64,000 nucleotides of DNA from Psammoneis japonica (Eukaryota), in the NCBI GenBank assembly GCA_008632985.1, contig QPGO01000152.1, positions 124,001 to 188,000 of the forward strand, written 5' to 3'. Of the stretch, positions 1-12,054 are shown one piece after another. Position numbers and translations under genes: made by a program. The stretch's first letter is position 1, and the number at the start of each line of letters is the position of its first letter. The notes under the pieces were generated by a model, which was not told where the DNA came from, searched no databases, and saw only the letters and a program-made list of their open reading frames with translations.

Positions 1-218
1 GGTGTGGAATTTGACAGAGTGAACGGCAATGCCGGCTTGAATTTTTTGGGCACCAAAACTGCAAAAAAAGCATTTTTGCAACAGGGGCGGCATTTTTCCA
101 TTGCTGAATTCTTCACATTCTTGCCACTCTCTCTCTGCTGTGTAAATGTGTGGAGAGCAAATTCCAATTTGGTGTGAGTCAGGCCCAAACGACCGTTCAA
201 CGTCTCTGGCGGGACACC

Positions 219-1690
219 CATTGACCACTTGTCTTTCTTTTTGTGGGTGTGGGTGTGCATGTGCCATTGCACGCAGCATTGCCTGCATGTGCGCAGGGCC
301 CTGCTGCCGGGGCTGGCAACAGTGGCAGGGTGGCGGGGCCAACGCACCGGTGACATGGATGACCGTTGTGTTTTGTGGCTCACGCCACCCCTGTGGCAGG
401 GGAGCTGTGCGTGTGTTCGTGGTTGCGCGCACGGCTTTGCCATCCATTGAGTTTTGATGTTGGCACCCACATGCATGTGTGCGTTCCACAAGCAAAAATC
501 CCCATTCCAGCATTTGTGCCCAAATGCACAAACAAATGAGAGGACATTTGTGTAAAAACACAATGAATGAGCCATGAATCTGCCGCGCAACCATGACATC
601 ACCACATTCTCCCCTGCTGCACCACAGGGCGGGGTGGGCTCATGCCATTTTTGGGGCTGTGGTGACGTGCACTGACACTCTTTTTTGTCCAATTTACCAC
701 CAAAATGGTGCATTGCACAAACTTTCTCATTGTTGTTCAACATGTTTTTTTCGAATGTGACCGTTTCGCGTGCAACTCACGACAAATGACATCCATTGAG
801 AGCCCCATGAATTTCCACCATGATGCACCGGCAATCCCAGTTTTACCGCAGTTTTGAGCTCTTCTGAAAAACCGCACTGCGCACCCATCGCAGGGATTTT
901 GTCGCTTTTTTAGGAAGTCCCCCGCGAACCCCAATGTCCCCAATGATCATTCTCACAATGCGAATGACACACCTGCACCAAACAAACCATGCCGTTTTGT
1001 GAATGCCAAGGGACACACTCTCAATCGCCAACATCCCGACCAACCCACCAACTGACTGACTGACTGACTGACTGACACGAAACCAGCCTGGCTGCGGGGA
1101 GCATTGACCACTTGTCTTTCTTTGTGGGTGTGGGTGTGTGTGCGGTTGCGTGCAGCATTGCCTGCACATGCGCAGGGCCCCACCACCAGGCTGGCATTGT
1201 GGCGGCAGGGTGGTGTGGCCACCGCACCGGTGACGCGGACGACCATTGTGTTTTGTGGCTCATGCCATTTTTGGGGCTGCAGCGAGGTGCAGGGACACTC
1301 TTTTTTGTCCAATTTACTGCCAAAATGACGCATCGCACAAACCTTCTTGTTGTTTGACATGTTTTTTGCAACATGACCGTTTTGCGTGCAACTCATGAAA
1401 AATTACATCTGTTAAGAGCTGGATGCATTTTTCACCACGATGCGCTGGCAATCCCAACTTTACTGCAGTTTCAAGCTCTTCCAAAAAACTGCACTACACA
1501 CCCGTTGCAGGGAATTTGTCGCTTTTCCAGGAAGTCCCCACGAACCCCAATGTCCCCAATGACAATTCTCAGAATGCAAATGACACACGTGTGCTAAACA
1601 AACCATGCCGTTTTGAATGCCGAGGGACACACTCTCAATCGCCGACATCCCAACCAACCAACCGACTGACTGACTGACTGACTGACATGA
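219..1690. repeat. Tandem duplication of a ~590-bp degenerate unit (copies ~219-1080 and ~1102-1690), each ending in an (ACTG)n microsatellite
   Basis: CATTGACCACTTGTCTTTCTTT starts at 219 and 1102; 637-1080 aligns with ~1257-1690; (ACTG)n at ~1051-1076 and ~1663-1686; copy 1 carries an extra insertion at 386-636. Confidence 0.85.
386..636. mobile_element. MITE-like non-autonomous DNA transposon with 9-bp target-site duplication
   Basis: Termini CACCCC...GGGGTG with imperfect TIRs; flanks GGCTCACGC (377-385) and GGCTCATGC (637-645); the second tandem copy has the empty site TTTTGTGGCTCATGCCATTTTT; a related end lies inverted at ~1768-1885. Confidence 0.75.
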
Positions 1691-1954
1691 AAAAGTCTGC
1701 AATCACCAACCACCAAGTGGTCAGTGAAAGTCTGCAATCACCAACCACCAAATGGTCAATGAAAAATCCCACCCCTGTGTCAGTGGAGAGTGTGTTTGGT
1801 GATGTCATGGTGATGCATGCTCACGTCATGGCATTTTTGTGTTTGTGTTCATGTGCATGAGACAACATTTGTGCACAAATGCTCACAGTTGCAGGAAAAA
1901 TCCTGAACCATGTGTGCTCTCCCCCAATCTTGAGCTGCCTCGAAGGGACCCCAC

Positions 1955-3306
1955 CAATGGAGACCTGGACATTTAAAAAACGGGAGACAGTGCGCACGCA
2001 CACAGAAATCACAAAATTCTGATTAAAAAAAACAACCATCACCATGACCGTCCATCTCATCCCAGTGGTCTGCATTGATGTTGTTGCTGCACAACACATC
2101 AGAACCCCATGTGTCCGCCATGGGCACAAAAGGCTGCTGATCACTGGTGTGTCACCTTCTCAAGAAGGATGGAACACATCGTTTGATTGCTTGTGCACCG
2201 TTTTGCGGCACAAAGTGATGGTGCATGACAGAGAGATGTGTTTGCTTGTTGACGCCAATTGGCTTGTCTCAGAAATGTGTCAATCTCATCAGTGGATGCA
2301 TGCTGTTGGGAGATGGTGTTCAGTCAGTGCAGCTGATGGATTTGTAGACGGCACAACACTTGGCATGACTGCAGGCATGCATGACAGTGACGGTGCCGGT
2401 CAGTGCAACAAAGCTCCCATCACGTTTTGCACAAGTTGTCCTTGTCATCAATCAAAACGGCACAGGTGCACACGTGAAGAATTTTCAAAATCTGTGGTTG
2501 GCATTGTGGTGCCTCCGCCCGCATGGAGAACAAGGACAAAAAGGGGCTTGTTGACTTGAAACTGCACCACATGGAAGTTGTGTTGTTGATCCAGCCAAAT
2601 GCACTGGCGGCGGTTGGAGCTGCTGGGCCCCAGCAGTGGTGGCAGTGGGAGCCTGTGTGCTGCCGGCACTGGTGGTGGTGGGAGCCTGTGCCAGTGCAGT
2701 GATGCCACTGGCGCTGGAGGTGGTTGGAGCCTTCTGCCACTGGTGCTGGTGGCAACAGGTGCCTGTGCACTGCTGCTGCAGCACTGGTGGCGGTGGGAGC
2801 CTGTGCAGCTGCTGGCACGGGCAGCGGTTGGAGCCCGTGTGCTGACAGCAAAATCAAGGTGGTTGGATCCCATTTGACAGGTGCCTGTGCACTGCTGCTG
2901 CAGCACTGGTGGCAGTGGGAGCCTGTGCAGCTGAAAATCATCTGTGCCAGACCCACCTGAGTTCTTGTTGTCTAGGAAACTGCGCCATTGAGCAAGCGCA
3001 AGCTGGCAACAAGGTCAACTCGACCGCCGACGTGAACGAGCATGTGACACATGGCTTGCCTTTTGGTTCCAGGCTAATTTCATGCACAATCCTTCAATGC
3101 AAACATGTAATGTCAACAACTGCTTCTTTGTGCTGACAATGAAGGAGTTGTTTCACACTGTCTTGTTGTCTCTTACAACCTTTTCTACTGCCTTTCTTGC
3201 AACCGCTTGATGTTGGTGTCGGATCTTTTGATGTTTTGGCATCTTTTTTGGTTTTTTGTGCAGTGCCACACTGTCCCCTGTTTTTTAAATGTCCAGGTCT
3301 CCATTG
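1955..3306. mobile_element. Degenerate TIR element (~40-bp inverted termini) with internal GGTGGCAGTGGGAGCCTGTGC-type tandem repeats
   Basis: CAATGGAGACCTGGACATTTAAAAAAC at 1955 is the reverse complement of the sequence ending at 3306; repeat array at ~2600-2935; no clean TSD. Confidence 0.55.
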
Positions 3307-3329
3307 AGCACTTTTGGTGCTCTCAAGCG

Positions 3330-5915
3330 CCGCAAAAAAAGCACGCGGCACAACAGCCTCACCATGATGCTTTCAAAACATTCATCCCCTCCCACTTCCG
3401 ACGGAAAAGCGACCAATGGCACTGATGATGCTAACACAACTGCAACCGGCAATGTTGCTGAAGTGGCCGTTGCACCCTCATTGCTTCTGAAATCATGCCT
3501 CATTTGCTGACACTCTGTTTTTTTCAGCTCCACAGCCTGCCGCAGCTTCTGGCATGAATGGCAACGCCGCTGATGCCTTTCCCGTAACTGCCATGCCCAA
3601 AACTTTTCCCAACCCAACTGGTGCAAGAGGTGACAATGTCGCTTTGTCTCTCCTTTGCCAAACACTGATGGAATTATTTTGCACCAACTGGCGCCATTTT
3701 CTGTTGCTGCGCAGCACTTTCAACAGCTTCATCTTGCTCTTTTTCAAGGGATGTGTTTTGGTTAAAGTGCCGTTTGTGCTGACAAACAGCTTCAAGGGAA
3801 TGTTTCAATGTGGTCTTGACTTGAACACTCTCAACATGCCACATGCATCCAGTGTTTCATGGCACTTCTTGGTCATGTTTGGCTTGTGTGCATTCTTTTG
3901 CTTGGTTGTTGGAGATCTGTCCCAAGAAATGCAAGAGTCCGTCAAGATTCAGCAGGGACTCAGAACGTTGACAAATGCCCCGGGTGGCCGCAACAGTTCG
4001 ACACTGAATCAGTCTTGAAGTCAGAAGCTGACAACTTGGAGCTCTTGCGGGGGCACAAATCCAACTTGGACACTGTGGAAAAGTGTCTTCTGGACAAGCA
4101 TCACCCAAAGAAGAAGCTTGCCACTGGTGTGGGTCAGCATGATTTCTTTGGGCAGATGTCCTCCAAGCAAGGTGGAAAGAAAAAGTCCTGATTGAAAATA
4201 ATGTGGTGTTGAGTGGCAGGTGTGGTCATGTGTGTTGCACTCATTTCCAAGGAACCATTCAAACATGAACCAAAAATCTATTCTGTGGTGGTCCATCTGG
4301 GTTTGTTCAAACCAGCACTCTGTCTCTCTCTCCAGGTTGTGGACATTTACAATGGCTGTGATGGAATCAAAATTGTCTCCCTCCATCTCCATCTCACTGC
4401 ACCTTGCCAATTGTGAACAGCAAAAGGCAACAAACACCAGCACTGCAGCCAACAGATGCAAGTGACTGGCCATCGGACATGTTCCTTTGTGACAGAACAT
4501 GCCACCAATTTTGCTCAGTTCCAGTGGCATCATGGGAGACGCCCAGTTGCGGGTCGGGGATTGGGCAGCAGGAACTGAATCAGGAGACAAGAAGTGCAAG
4601 TCTTCCGGATCACAAGTCTGCTGCAATTGTGGTGCAATGGGCAGAATGCTGATGTGGGCCACAACATTGGGTGTGGCAAAGTTGCCAAGGGAAGGCCGAT
4701 GCATCAATGGCACTTGCAACAGAAGCAGTGGCGTGCACTGTGGAGCATGAGTGAAAATGGTGTGAGACAGTGCAACAGCACCATTGGTGTTTTTGGCACA
4801 TGACAGCAATGCAAGAGTTGTCACCTGATGGACCGGGCAAAGTGGGAACCGCAACGGGGGTGCAATCAGCCAGAACATGGCTGACAGCATTGGCATTTGT
4901 GGTGGAAGCTGTGGGAGGCGTGCTGCGCAGCAACAGAAAAATGCTGTCAGTTGGCACCAAATGATTCAGCCAGTGTTTGGCCAAGGAGAGACAAAGCGAC
5001 ATCATTGCCTCTTGTGCCAGTTGGATTCAGAAATGTTTTGGGCAGTGTTGACTGATTGCTGGAATTGATTGCAATCAGCCTGTGATTGATTGCAATCGCG
5101 GTTGCAAACTCGATTGCAATGACCTGATTGTTGGGAAAGAGCCAAGGTCACAATCACAATTGACTGTTGCAATCATTTGCAATCAAAATTTGAGCTCTTT
5201 TTGTGGCTAAAATCAGCAAAATGGCTCGATTTCCCCTGCACGGGGGGCGCGCCTGGCCGGTGGGGCCATTGCAATCACGATTGCAATCGTCACACAGTCA
5301 GACCGCGCAATCGCTGCGCAATTGCAATTGACCAATTGCTGCTCCGCAGCGATGCAATCGCCTGGTTGCAATCTGATTGCTGCAGAAAACTTTGCAATTA
5401 GTCAACACTGGTTTCGGGCATGGCAGCTGACGCGTTCCAGCCCTGGGTGGGAGCTCGAAGCACTGACGTGTGACACAAATAATTTTTGTCATCTGTTGCA
5501 TGGTTTGCAAGCACATTTCTACGTGCAACATTTTAAAAAAATTGTCCAGACTCGCTGTTTTGCAAAGCCCCAAACGGTTCATGTGACAAATTTATAGAAA
5601 CAACAATGTGCCAGCTGCATTCTTCAATGTCTGAAGAATGCAACTGGCCAAGTAAAAAATGATTCACTTCAATCATGGGCGAGTTTGTGCGTTCGCAAAA
5701 TTGCCTCATTTTCTGTTGGCGATCATTGACAACTCAGCAAACAAGGTGTAATTTTGGAAGCAACAGGGGTGCGACGGCCACGTCAACAACATCACCTGTT
5801 GCAGTGGGGTCATTGTCATCAGTGCCGTCAGTCGCCTTTCTGTCGGAAGCGAGAGTGGACGAACATTTTGAAAGCATGATGGCAAGGTTGTTGTGCCACG
5901 TGCGGTTTTCACGGT
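3330..5915. repeat. Two inverted copies of an unclassified degenerate repeat
   Basis: ~3340-3510 matches the reverse complement of ~5735-5905; ~3595-3720 matches the reverse complement of ~4920-5045. Confidence 0.65.
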
Positions 5916-6152
5916 GGTGAGATGGCTGTGGGATTTTGATCAAATCAAGCTTGGTGAAGCGATCTGCCCTGCGGGTGCTGTGGCACAGTGCAAACCTGCA
6001 GCAGCATGGTGCCAACATGCACACAATGAACAAAATTGTGCAAAATTGTGGACATTTTCAAAAAGAAATGCTCCTTGTAAAATGTTCAAGAAATTGCATT
6101 TTAACAAACATCAAAAAATGAAAAACCAGCGCAAGCCGGACGCAACACTCTG

Positions 6153-6327
6153 TGCAAGATCTGGCTTGAGATGACTTGACAAAAGTTGTGAGAAACTGAG
6201 GAGAGACCCAATCATCGCTGATGTGGGAACAAACCTGATGGTTCTCAGCATGTCTGACACGTTGGTTAACACACATGTGTCAGAGAGGGCACACTTGGTC
6301 ATAGAGCACATGTGCCCATCTCATTCA
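6153..6327 (-). repeat. Gypsy 3' LTR
   Basis: Direct repeat of 11596-11770; TG...CA ends; adjacent PPT. Confidence 0.93.
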
Positions 6328-6636
6328 CTCTTCCCCTCCATGGTGCAAGGAACACGCGCACCATTGGAACCACTTGACTAAAATTCAAACCACACGCACA
6401 CAGAAAAGGGAACCCAGACGTTGGGAAGAAACCCTCAACTCTGATGCGGCACCACACAATGAACATTAATTTGTTCAACAACGTGCAGTGCTTGCAGCGC
6501 CAAAACAGTCCCATTGGCATGGACTTTTGTGCAATTCAAAATGGACCACAAGCTCATTTTTCCAACTTTGAAGGATCCACCGACTTGATTTGTGCATCTT
6601 GACTGGCTGGACAAGATTCTCATTGATCAATGCCTG

Positions 6637-7420
6637 TCAGTTGGCTTGAATTGTTGCAAGGTCAGTGACAACAGGCAGGTCCAAAATCACATCACATTGA
6701 AACACTAGAGCTCCACCGGAAACACCCACAGATCTTGAGTGGGAGCATCGTAAAGCACAAGAGGCTGAAGCAAGGGCATTGTCCACAATCTGCTTGGCCT
6801 GTTGAACATTCAAAGGTGGGTTAGCAACAACCACAGTGCGCAAGACATTGGCCACACCATCTGGTGCATTCATTCACAAATGGAGTTGGCTGTGGGATTT
6901 TGAGACGTTGTCGGCGCATCAGCAACACCTGCTTGATTTAGCAGCATTTGAAATTCCCAACCAATGAATTCTCCACCATTGTCATGGACACATTGATTTG
7001 GTCTGGGATGACAAGCTAACCAAAGGTTGTGAAACTTGTCAGTCACATGCTGACAAGTTTTGTTGTCAATGCACACGAGTTCAGTCAATCCAGTGACAGC
7101 ATCAATGCAAGTGAGAGCACTGAATTCAATCTCTTGGTCTTGAATTGGTGTTTTCCACGGTCCAATGAGATCAACTGCTGCTTCTGTCCACAGAGCCAAT
7201 GGTGCTTGACGTTGAGGCAACTCTCCATGTCCAGGACCCAATTGTTCAAATCGTTGACACGCATCACAAACAAATTCATCACAACATCAACACAATGCAG
7301 GATGATGCATGTGAGCACAAATGCTTTCATACAATCACACGACTCCACAATGGCCCAATGCAGGATGATGCCATGCAAGGACATCCGGCAACAACGCAGT
7401 GGGAGTGCAAATTTTCCAGG
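6637..7420 (-). pseudogene. Gypsy integrase remnant
   Basis: LAWHHPALGHCG zinc-binding remnant; VDLIGPW, LTCIDAVTGL, HDNGGEFIG and NPTANSICE core motifs; stops and frameshifts. Confidence 0.85.
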
Positions 7421-7849
7421 CTCCAGGCGGATCATTCACATGCAAACGACAACAAATGAGAGGACAATGGTTCACAATCTTGACCACAAACTGCTGCGGA
7501 TTCTGTTGTCTCTGTTGGTTCAGTTGGAGGTCTTCAAACTGGAATTGTTGTGTCCTTGATGTCTTGGTGGGATTTGGCATTTCGTCCAACATTGGACAAT
7601 TCAAAAAGCATTCAAACAATTCAGGCTCATCAAGCAAAGAGGAAACGGCAGCATGAGACTCATCAGAAGGATCAACAGGAGCATGGCAACACTTGAACCT
7701 GCAAGCGCCCAACTCCAAATCTTCTTCTTCCTTGGCCTTGCTCAATTCACTAGAATCCAACTTGTCAAAACGAACAATTTTTCCTTTGCGTTTGCCACTT
7801 GGCCCAAGGCTCTTCCCCTCCAAAGGTGGATCCACGCGGGGCAAACAAG

Positions 7850-9015
7850 AAAAACAATCGGCAAGCACGTTGTCCTTGCCTTTGACATGTTCAAATGCTG
7901 GCGCAAAATCTTCAAGGAACAGCTGCCAACAAAGGACGCACTGTGCATTCAAAGGTGTGAAAGGTGAGATTTTTATGGTCAGTGTGAACAGTGATGTCAG
8001 CACCGAGCAACATTGTGTGAAATTCTTTGAAGCACATGACGATGGCTGGGAGTTCTTTTTCCATTGTTGAGCAGTTACGTTGGGCCGCCGAAAGCTTCTT
8101 AGACCAATGCGCCACAGCTTTGCCATTTTGAACAATGGCTGCACCCATCTGGCAGTCTGATGCGTTGGTGCAGACATGGAATGGTGGGTTGTGGTTGGGG
8201 CAGGCCATCAATGCTTCTGCTGCAATTGCTGTCTTCATCTCTTTGAATGTTTTCTGACTTGCTTCCATCCAATGGAACTGACTCTTGCCTGTCAACTCAG
8301 TCAGAGGTGCAAGTGAGTGAGAACGGCAAGGCCACATGTTGCAACAGCAAGTTGCTGCACCAAGAAACAATCAAAGCTGAGCAGTGTTTCGTGGAGGTTG
8401 CATTCGCAGGATGGCTTTGACCTTTTTCTTCCACAGTTTAACGCCAGTCAGAGCAAGCCAATGCCCCAAGAAATCGGTTTCTTGAACACACCACTCGCAT
8501 TTCAACGGATTAACTTTCAATCCATTCTCCTTGAGACGATGCAGCACCTTGTCAAGACGAGAGAGATGGCAATCAAAGTCAGTGTCAAATGTGCCAATGT
8601 CATCAATGTGGGTTTCAACATCCAAACCATGTGGAATTTTCTCAATGACAGATTGAGCAATGTCTGGAGCTGGCTTCAATCCCACAGCCATGCGGCAGTG
8701 CTGGAATTTTCTGTGGGGAGTTGCAATCGCAGCTGGCTCCTTGCTTTTGTTGTCCAATTCCAAGTTGTGGTAAAACACAGTGAGATCAAGTTTCTTGAAG
8801 AATTTGCAGCCCGCTCTCCGCTGCAGCACATCTTGGATGGCTGGTGGAGGACACACTTTCTGTTTGAGGACCTTGTTGAGCTCATGGAAGTCGGACACCC
8901 ATCGCACTTGGCCATCCTTCTTTGGAGCAACAAAGGTGCCGGCTGCCCATTCTGCAGGTTTACATGGTTGCAGTGCACCAAGATCCACTGGATGCTTCAA
9001 TTCCTTTTTGAACAC
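7850..9015 (-). pseudogene. Gypsy reverse transcriptase-RNase H remnant
   Basis: VRWVSDFHELNK, FKKLDL, HIDDI (from YxDD), DFLGHWL; RNase H VCTNASDCQMGA, VAHWSKKL, EKEL, HTDHKNL, KGKDNVLAD. Confidence 0.92.
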
Positions 9016-9027
9016 TTCTTCATTAAC

Positions 9028-9885
9028 TCAAGCAACAGGAAACGGTTTTGAGTGACACAGAATGGCATTTTCATCCACTTCAAGGTGCACCTTTTCATGA
9101 GGATGGTGGCCCAACATTCTGTCAAATAAGGTTGAATGTTTTTCCAATGCCGCCAGCAGCTTCTTCTTTTGCTCTTCCATCAGATGGTCTAAATTCCGAA
9201 CCACTTCCACAGGATCCGTTGCTTTGCATTTGGCGTCTGGCATGCAGGTGTCACATCCATCGTCACATCTGTAGTTTGACTTGTCCTCACAGTCTTCATC
9301 AAACTCATCCATTTGGTCTAGAGCCATGTGCCAATTGCAGGACTTGGACCAATGACGGGGTTCTTTCATTGGGATCACACTGTCCAGCCATTGTAGCATC
9401 CTTGTGTCGTAACTCAAATTGAGGCCAGTCTTGTCCAAGAAATCTTGACCCAAAATGACATCACACGCACACGGAGCATTGAACACGTGAGCCATGCAGC
9501 CATCAATCCTTCGAGTCTTGTCAAACTCTGGCAACACAACATTGCTCAAGGCCACCCAACGACCCGACTGGAAAGGACCTGCAATGGTTTGAAAGGCTTG
9601 GACTCCGCATTCGTCAACAGACGGCACGGCTCCACGAGGTAGAACTTGGGACAAAATCATTGTGTGAGATCCACCAGAATCTAACAAAACACGCATCACA
9701 TGATTTGACTCATGCCGTTGGATCGATTTTGCAACAAGCAATGCAGATGGGACCAATGCGGTGCGCGAGACTTGCAAGTTCATTTTGGGGAGAGGAATGT
9801 TGTGTTCAAATGCATCTCGATCAAACACATCCCCCTCTTCATTCATGTAATTTTCTGCAGCATTTTCAAATTCAACAGGTGACAA
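9028..9885 (-). pseudogene. Gypsy aspartic protease region
   Basis: VLLDSGGSHTMI active-site motif and DVILGQDFL. Confidence 0.85.
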
Positions 9886-10132
9886 TTCATCAGGATTTTC
9901 AAAACGATCAAAAACAAAACATTCATCATTTCATTCAGGCAAAACACAATCATTCTCATCAACAAATGCTTCTCTTGTGGGCAATTGGGAGCATTCAGCT
10001 CCAGAGCATTCAGCTCCTTTCTTCTCAGAACTGCCAAGGAAACTGCCCATCTGGCTGAAACCTCACCACACCGTAATGTGGAAGGCCTCATCTGATCATG
10101 TCAAAATGGTGCACATCACCACGAGGAGCTTC

Positions 10133-11282
10133 TCAAGCCTGGTTGCCATTCACATTGTCTGCTTGAGCAGCACAGCCGTTGGCCTGACCTTGGCCTCCAC
10201 GGTTGTTGTTTTCATTGTGACAATGTTGACCACCACCTTGGTTGCCATTGTTGTTTTGATGCCCATTGTTGTTGTTGTCATTGTGACAGGTGCCACGACC
10301 TCCTTGGTTCTGGTTGCCACGACCACCAAAGCGTCCACTGCCTCCACGGCCTTGACCACGGCCTCCTTGGAAGCAACCTCCGCCTCGACCTCCACCGCCA
10401 CGGCCTCCTCCTTGACCGCCATGGTTCTGAGGCCCATGACAGTTAGGGTTGTTTGGATTGTCATGACACTGGCCCCATGTGTGCCATCCATGGTGCCACA
10501 GGACCGGACACAGATCACTTGCCTTTGGTTGGCTTTTGCTGTCCTTCTTGTTGCGGTTGCCCTTTTTGTTGCTGGAGTTCCCCACAATGCCGTTGTTGGA
10601 CTTGCGTCATTTGTCATCTTGACCGTTGGAAAAACACCTTCTTGTCACTCATGCAGGCTTGAACATCCACCATTGAATCTGCAACAAGGTTCTTGCCCAC
10701 ACGAATGTAAGACTGCTGCCAGGTCAAAGGGAAGGTGTAAAAAATGACATTTTTCTGCTCCTGCTCTGTAAGTTCAGGAACAGTTCCAGGCAAATGGTTG
10801 GCATGACAAAACAATGTTTCCATGTGATCAATGTGAGTTTCAGATTCTGCTGAGCAAGGCTTCTTGCAAGCAGGCAAATGCATCTTCATCGCATCGCAAG
10901 CTGTCAGTTTCATGCAGCACAGACAGTGGGCCAAGACAGCCTGATTAAATTGGGCTGCCGTTTGCTGATTCTGTTGGATGTTCGCGGCAACATTCTGCCA
11001 TTTTGCCTCTGCAGCACCTTGGAGACAATCCTCCAAAGCATCAAACAACTCTGTTCCGGCATCACAGTCCAGCCGTCTTGCTGCCTTCTGGAACCTGTCC
11101 TCCATGTGCAACAATGATTCAATTCCATGCTCTCCTGTAAAAACAGGACACATTTTTGAAAGTTTAGCACCATCATCAAAAGTTTGAGTGAGTTTCACTT
11201 CTTGTAATTCAGAATCCACGAATTTGGTCTTATGCTCAATGCACGCTTTCTCCAAGGCTTCTTGATGCATGGCAATGAACAA
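10133..11282 (-). pseudogene. Gypsy gag remnant
   Basis: Lies between the 5' LTR and the protease; CPVL..HGWHTWGQC knuckle-like motif followed by an RGG/Asn-rich tract. Confidence 0.7.
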
Positions 11283-11595
11283 TTTCAGCGATCAAACAAT
11301 CAACAATCCACAAGATGAACGAAACAAGGCATTCCCAATTGATCCACACAATGAGAACAATCAATGACTAAACAACAACAAATTCAACAGTGGCAACACA
11401 AACTTCGAGTTCAAACAAACGCTGCTCCAAATTGCCAATTTCAAGAGCACAATTGCACTGCAACTCCAATCGACTTTGAATGAAATTTTCTGCACAAGCA
11501 CACAGACAAATTTTCTCTCTTCTCAACAACACTCTTCACATTGTCATAAAACTGATGATGCAATGAACAAGCCACAACAATGACTGCAATTACAG

Positions 11596-11770
11596 TGCAA
11601 GATCTAGCTTGAGATGACTTGACAAAAGTTGTGGGAAACTGAGGAGAGACCCAATCATCGCTGATGCGGGAACCAACCCAACGGTTCTCAGCATGTCTAA
11701 CATGTCAGTTAACACACACACATCAGAGAGGGCACACTTGGTCATAGAGCACATGTGCCTGTCTCATTCA
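11596..11770 (-). repeat. Gypsy 5' LTR
   Basis: Direct repeat of 6153-6327. Confidence 0.93.
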
Positions 11771-12054
11771 CTCTGAAACAAGCCATCGGAGCTCAAGTTG
11801 ATGTTGGCCAGTTGCACAGAATGCATGCTGGACATGCACCAAGGAAAACCCAGACATGTGGCCAACTTTGGCCAAAGCTGGACACAACAAGGTTGCTGCA
11901 GATCTGTGCAGAGAGCCAGGGGTGCTGTCTGTGGGATGCAGGAGATTGCTTGTGCCTGCATGTGCATTTGCTTGTGCGCGAATGTTCCCTTCTCAATGCA
12001 TGTGATGACATCATCACACATCACACACAACCACATCCCACAGTGCCACTGACA

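Larger units (their letters stand above)
6153..11770 (-). mobile_element. Full-length, mutationally inactivated Ty3/Gypsy LTR retrotransposon (5618 bp)
   Basis: 175-bp TG...CA LTRs at 6153-6327 and 11596-11770; perfect TSD CTCTG (6148-6152, 11771-11775); PPT GGAGGGGAAGAG abuts the 3' LTR; domain order gag-PR-RT-RH-INT. Confidence 0.95.

Noticed and set aside
146..6100. Many overlapping Cys/His/Trp/Gln-rich ORFs, also at 35.2-45.2 and 51-52 kb
   Set aside because: Expected by-product of TpA loss (few TAA/TAG stops) and TG/CA excess; no coherent domains.
8371..9015. Alternative genetic code explaining Tyr/His/Cys swaps
   Set aside because: Neighbouring host genes use TAY for conserved Tyr normally, and the same changes occur in non-coding LTRs.
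11570..11595. Primer-binding site of the Gypsy element
   Set aside because: No TGG-type PBS or convincing tRNA match visible; the region is mutated, so no call.
6153..11770. Classical RIP or CpG deamination alone as the explanation
   Set aside because: RIP would increase TpA and stop codons; CpG deamination cannot turn Tyr codons into His/Cys or explain TA loss where CG runs survive.
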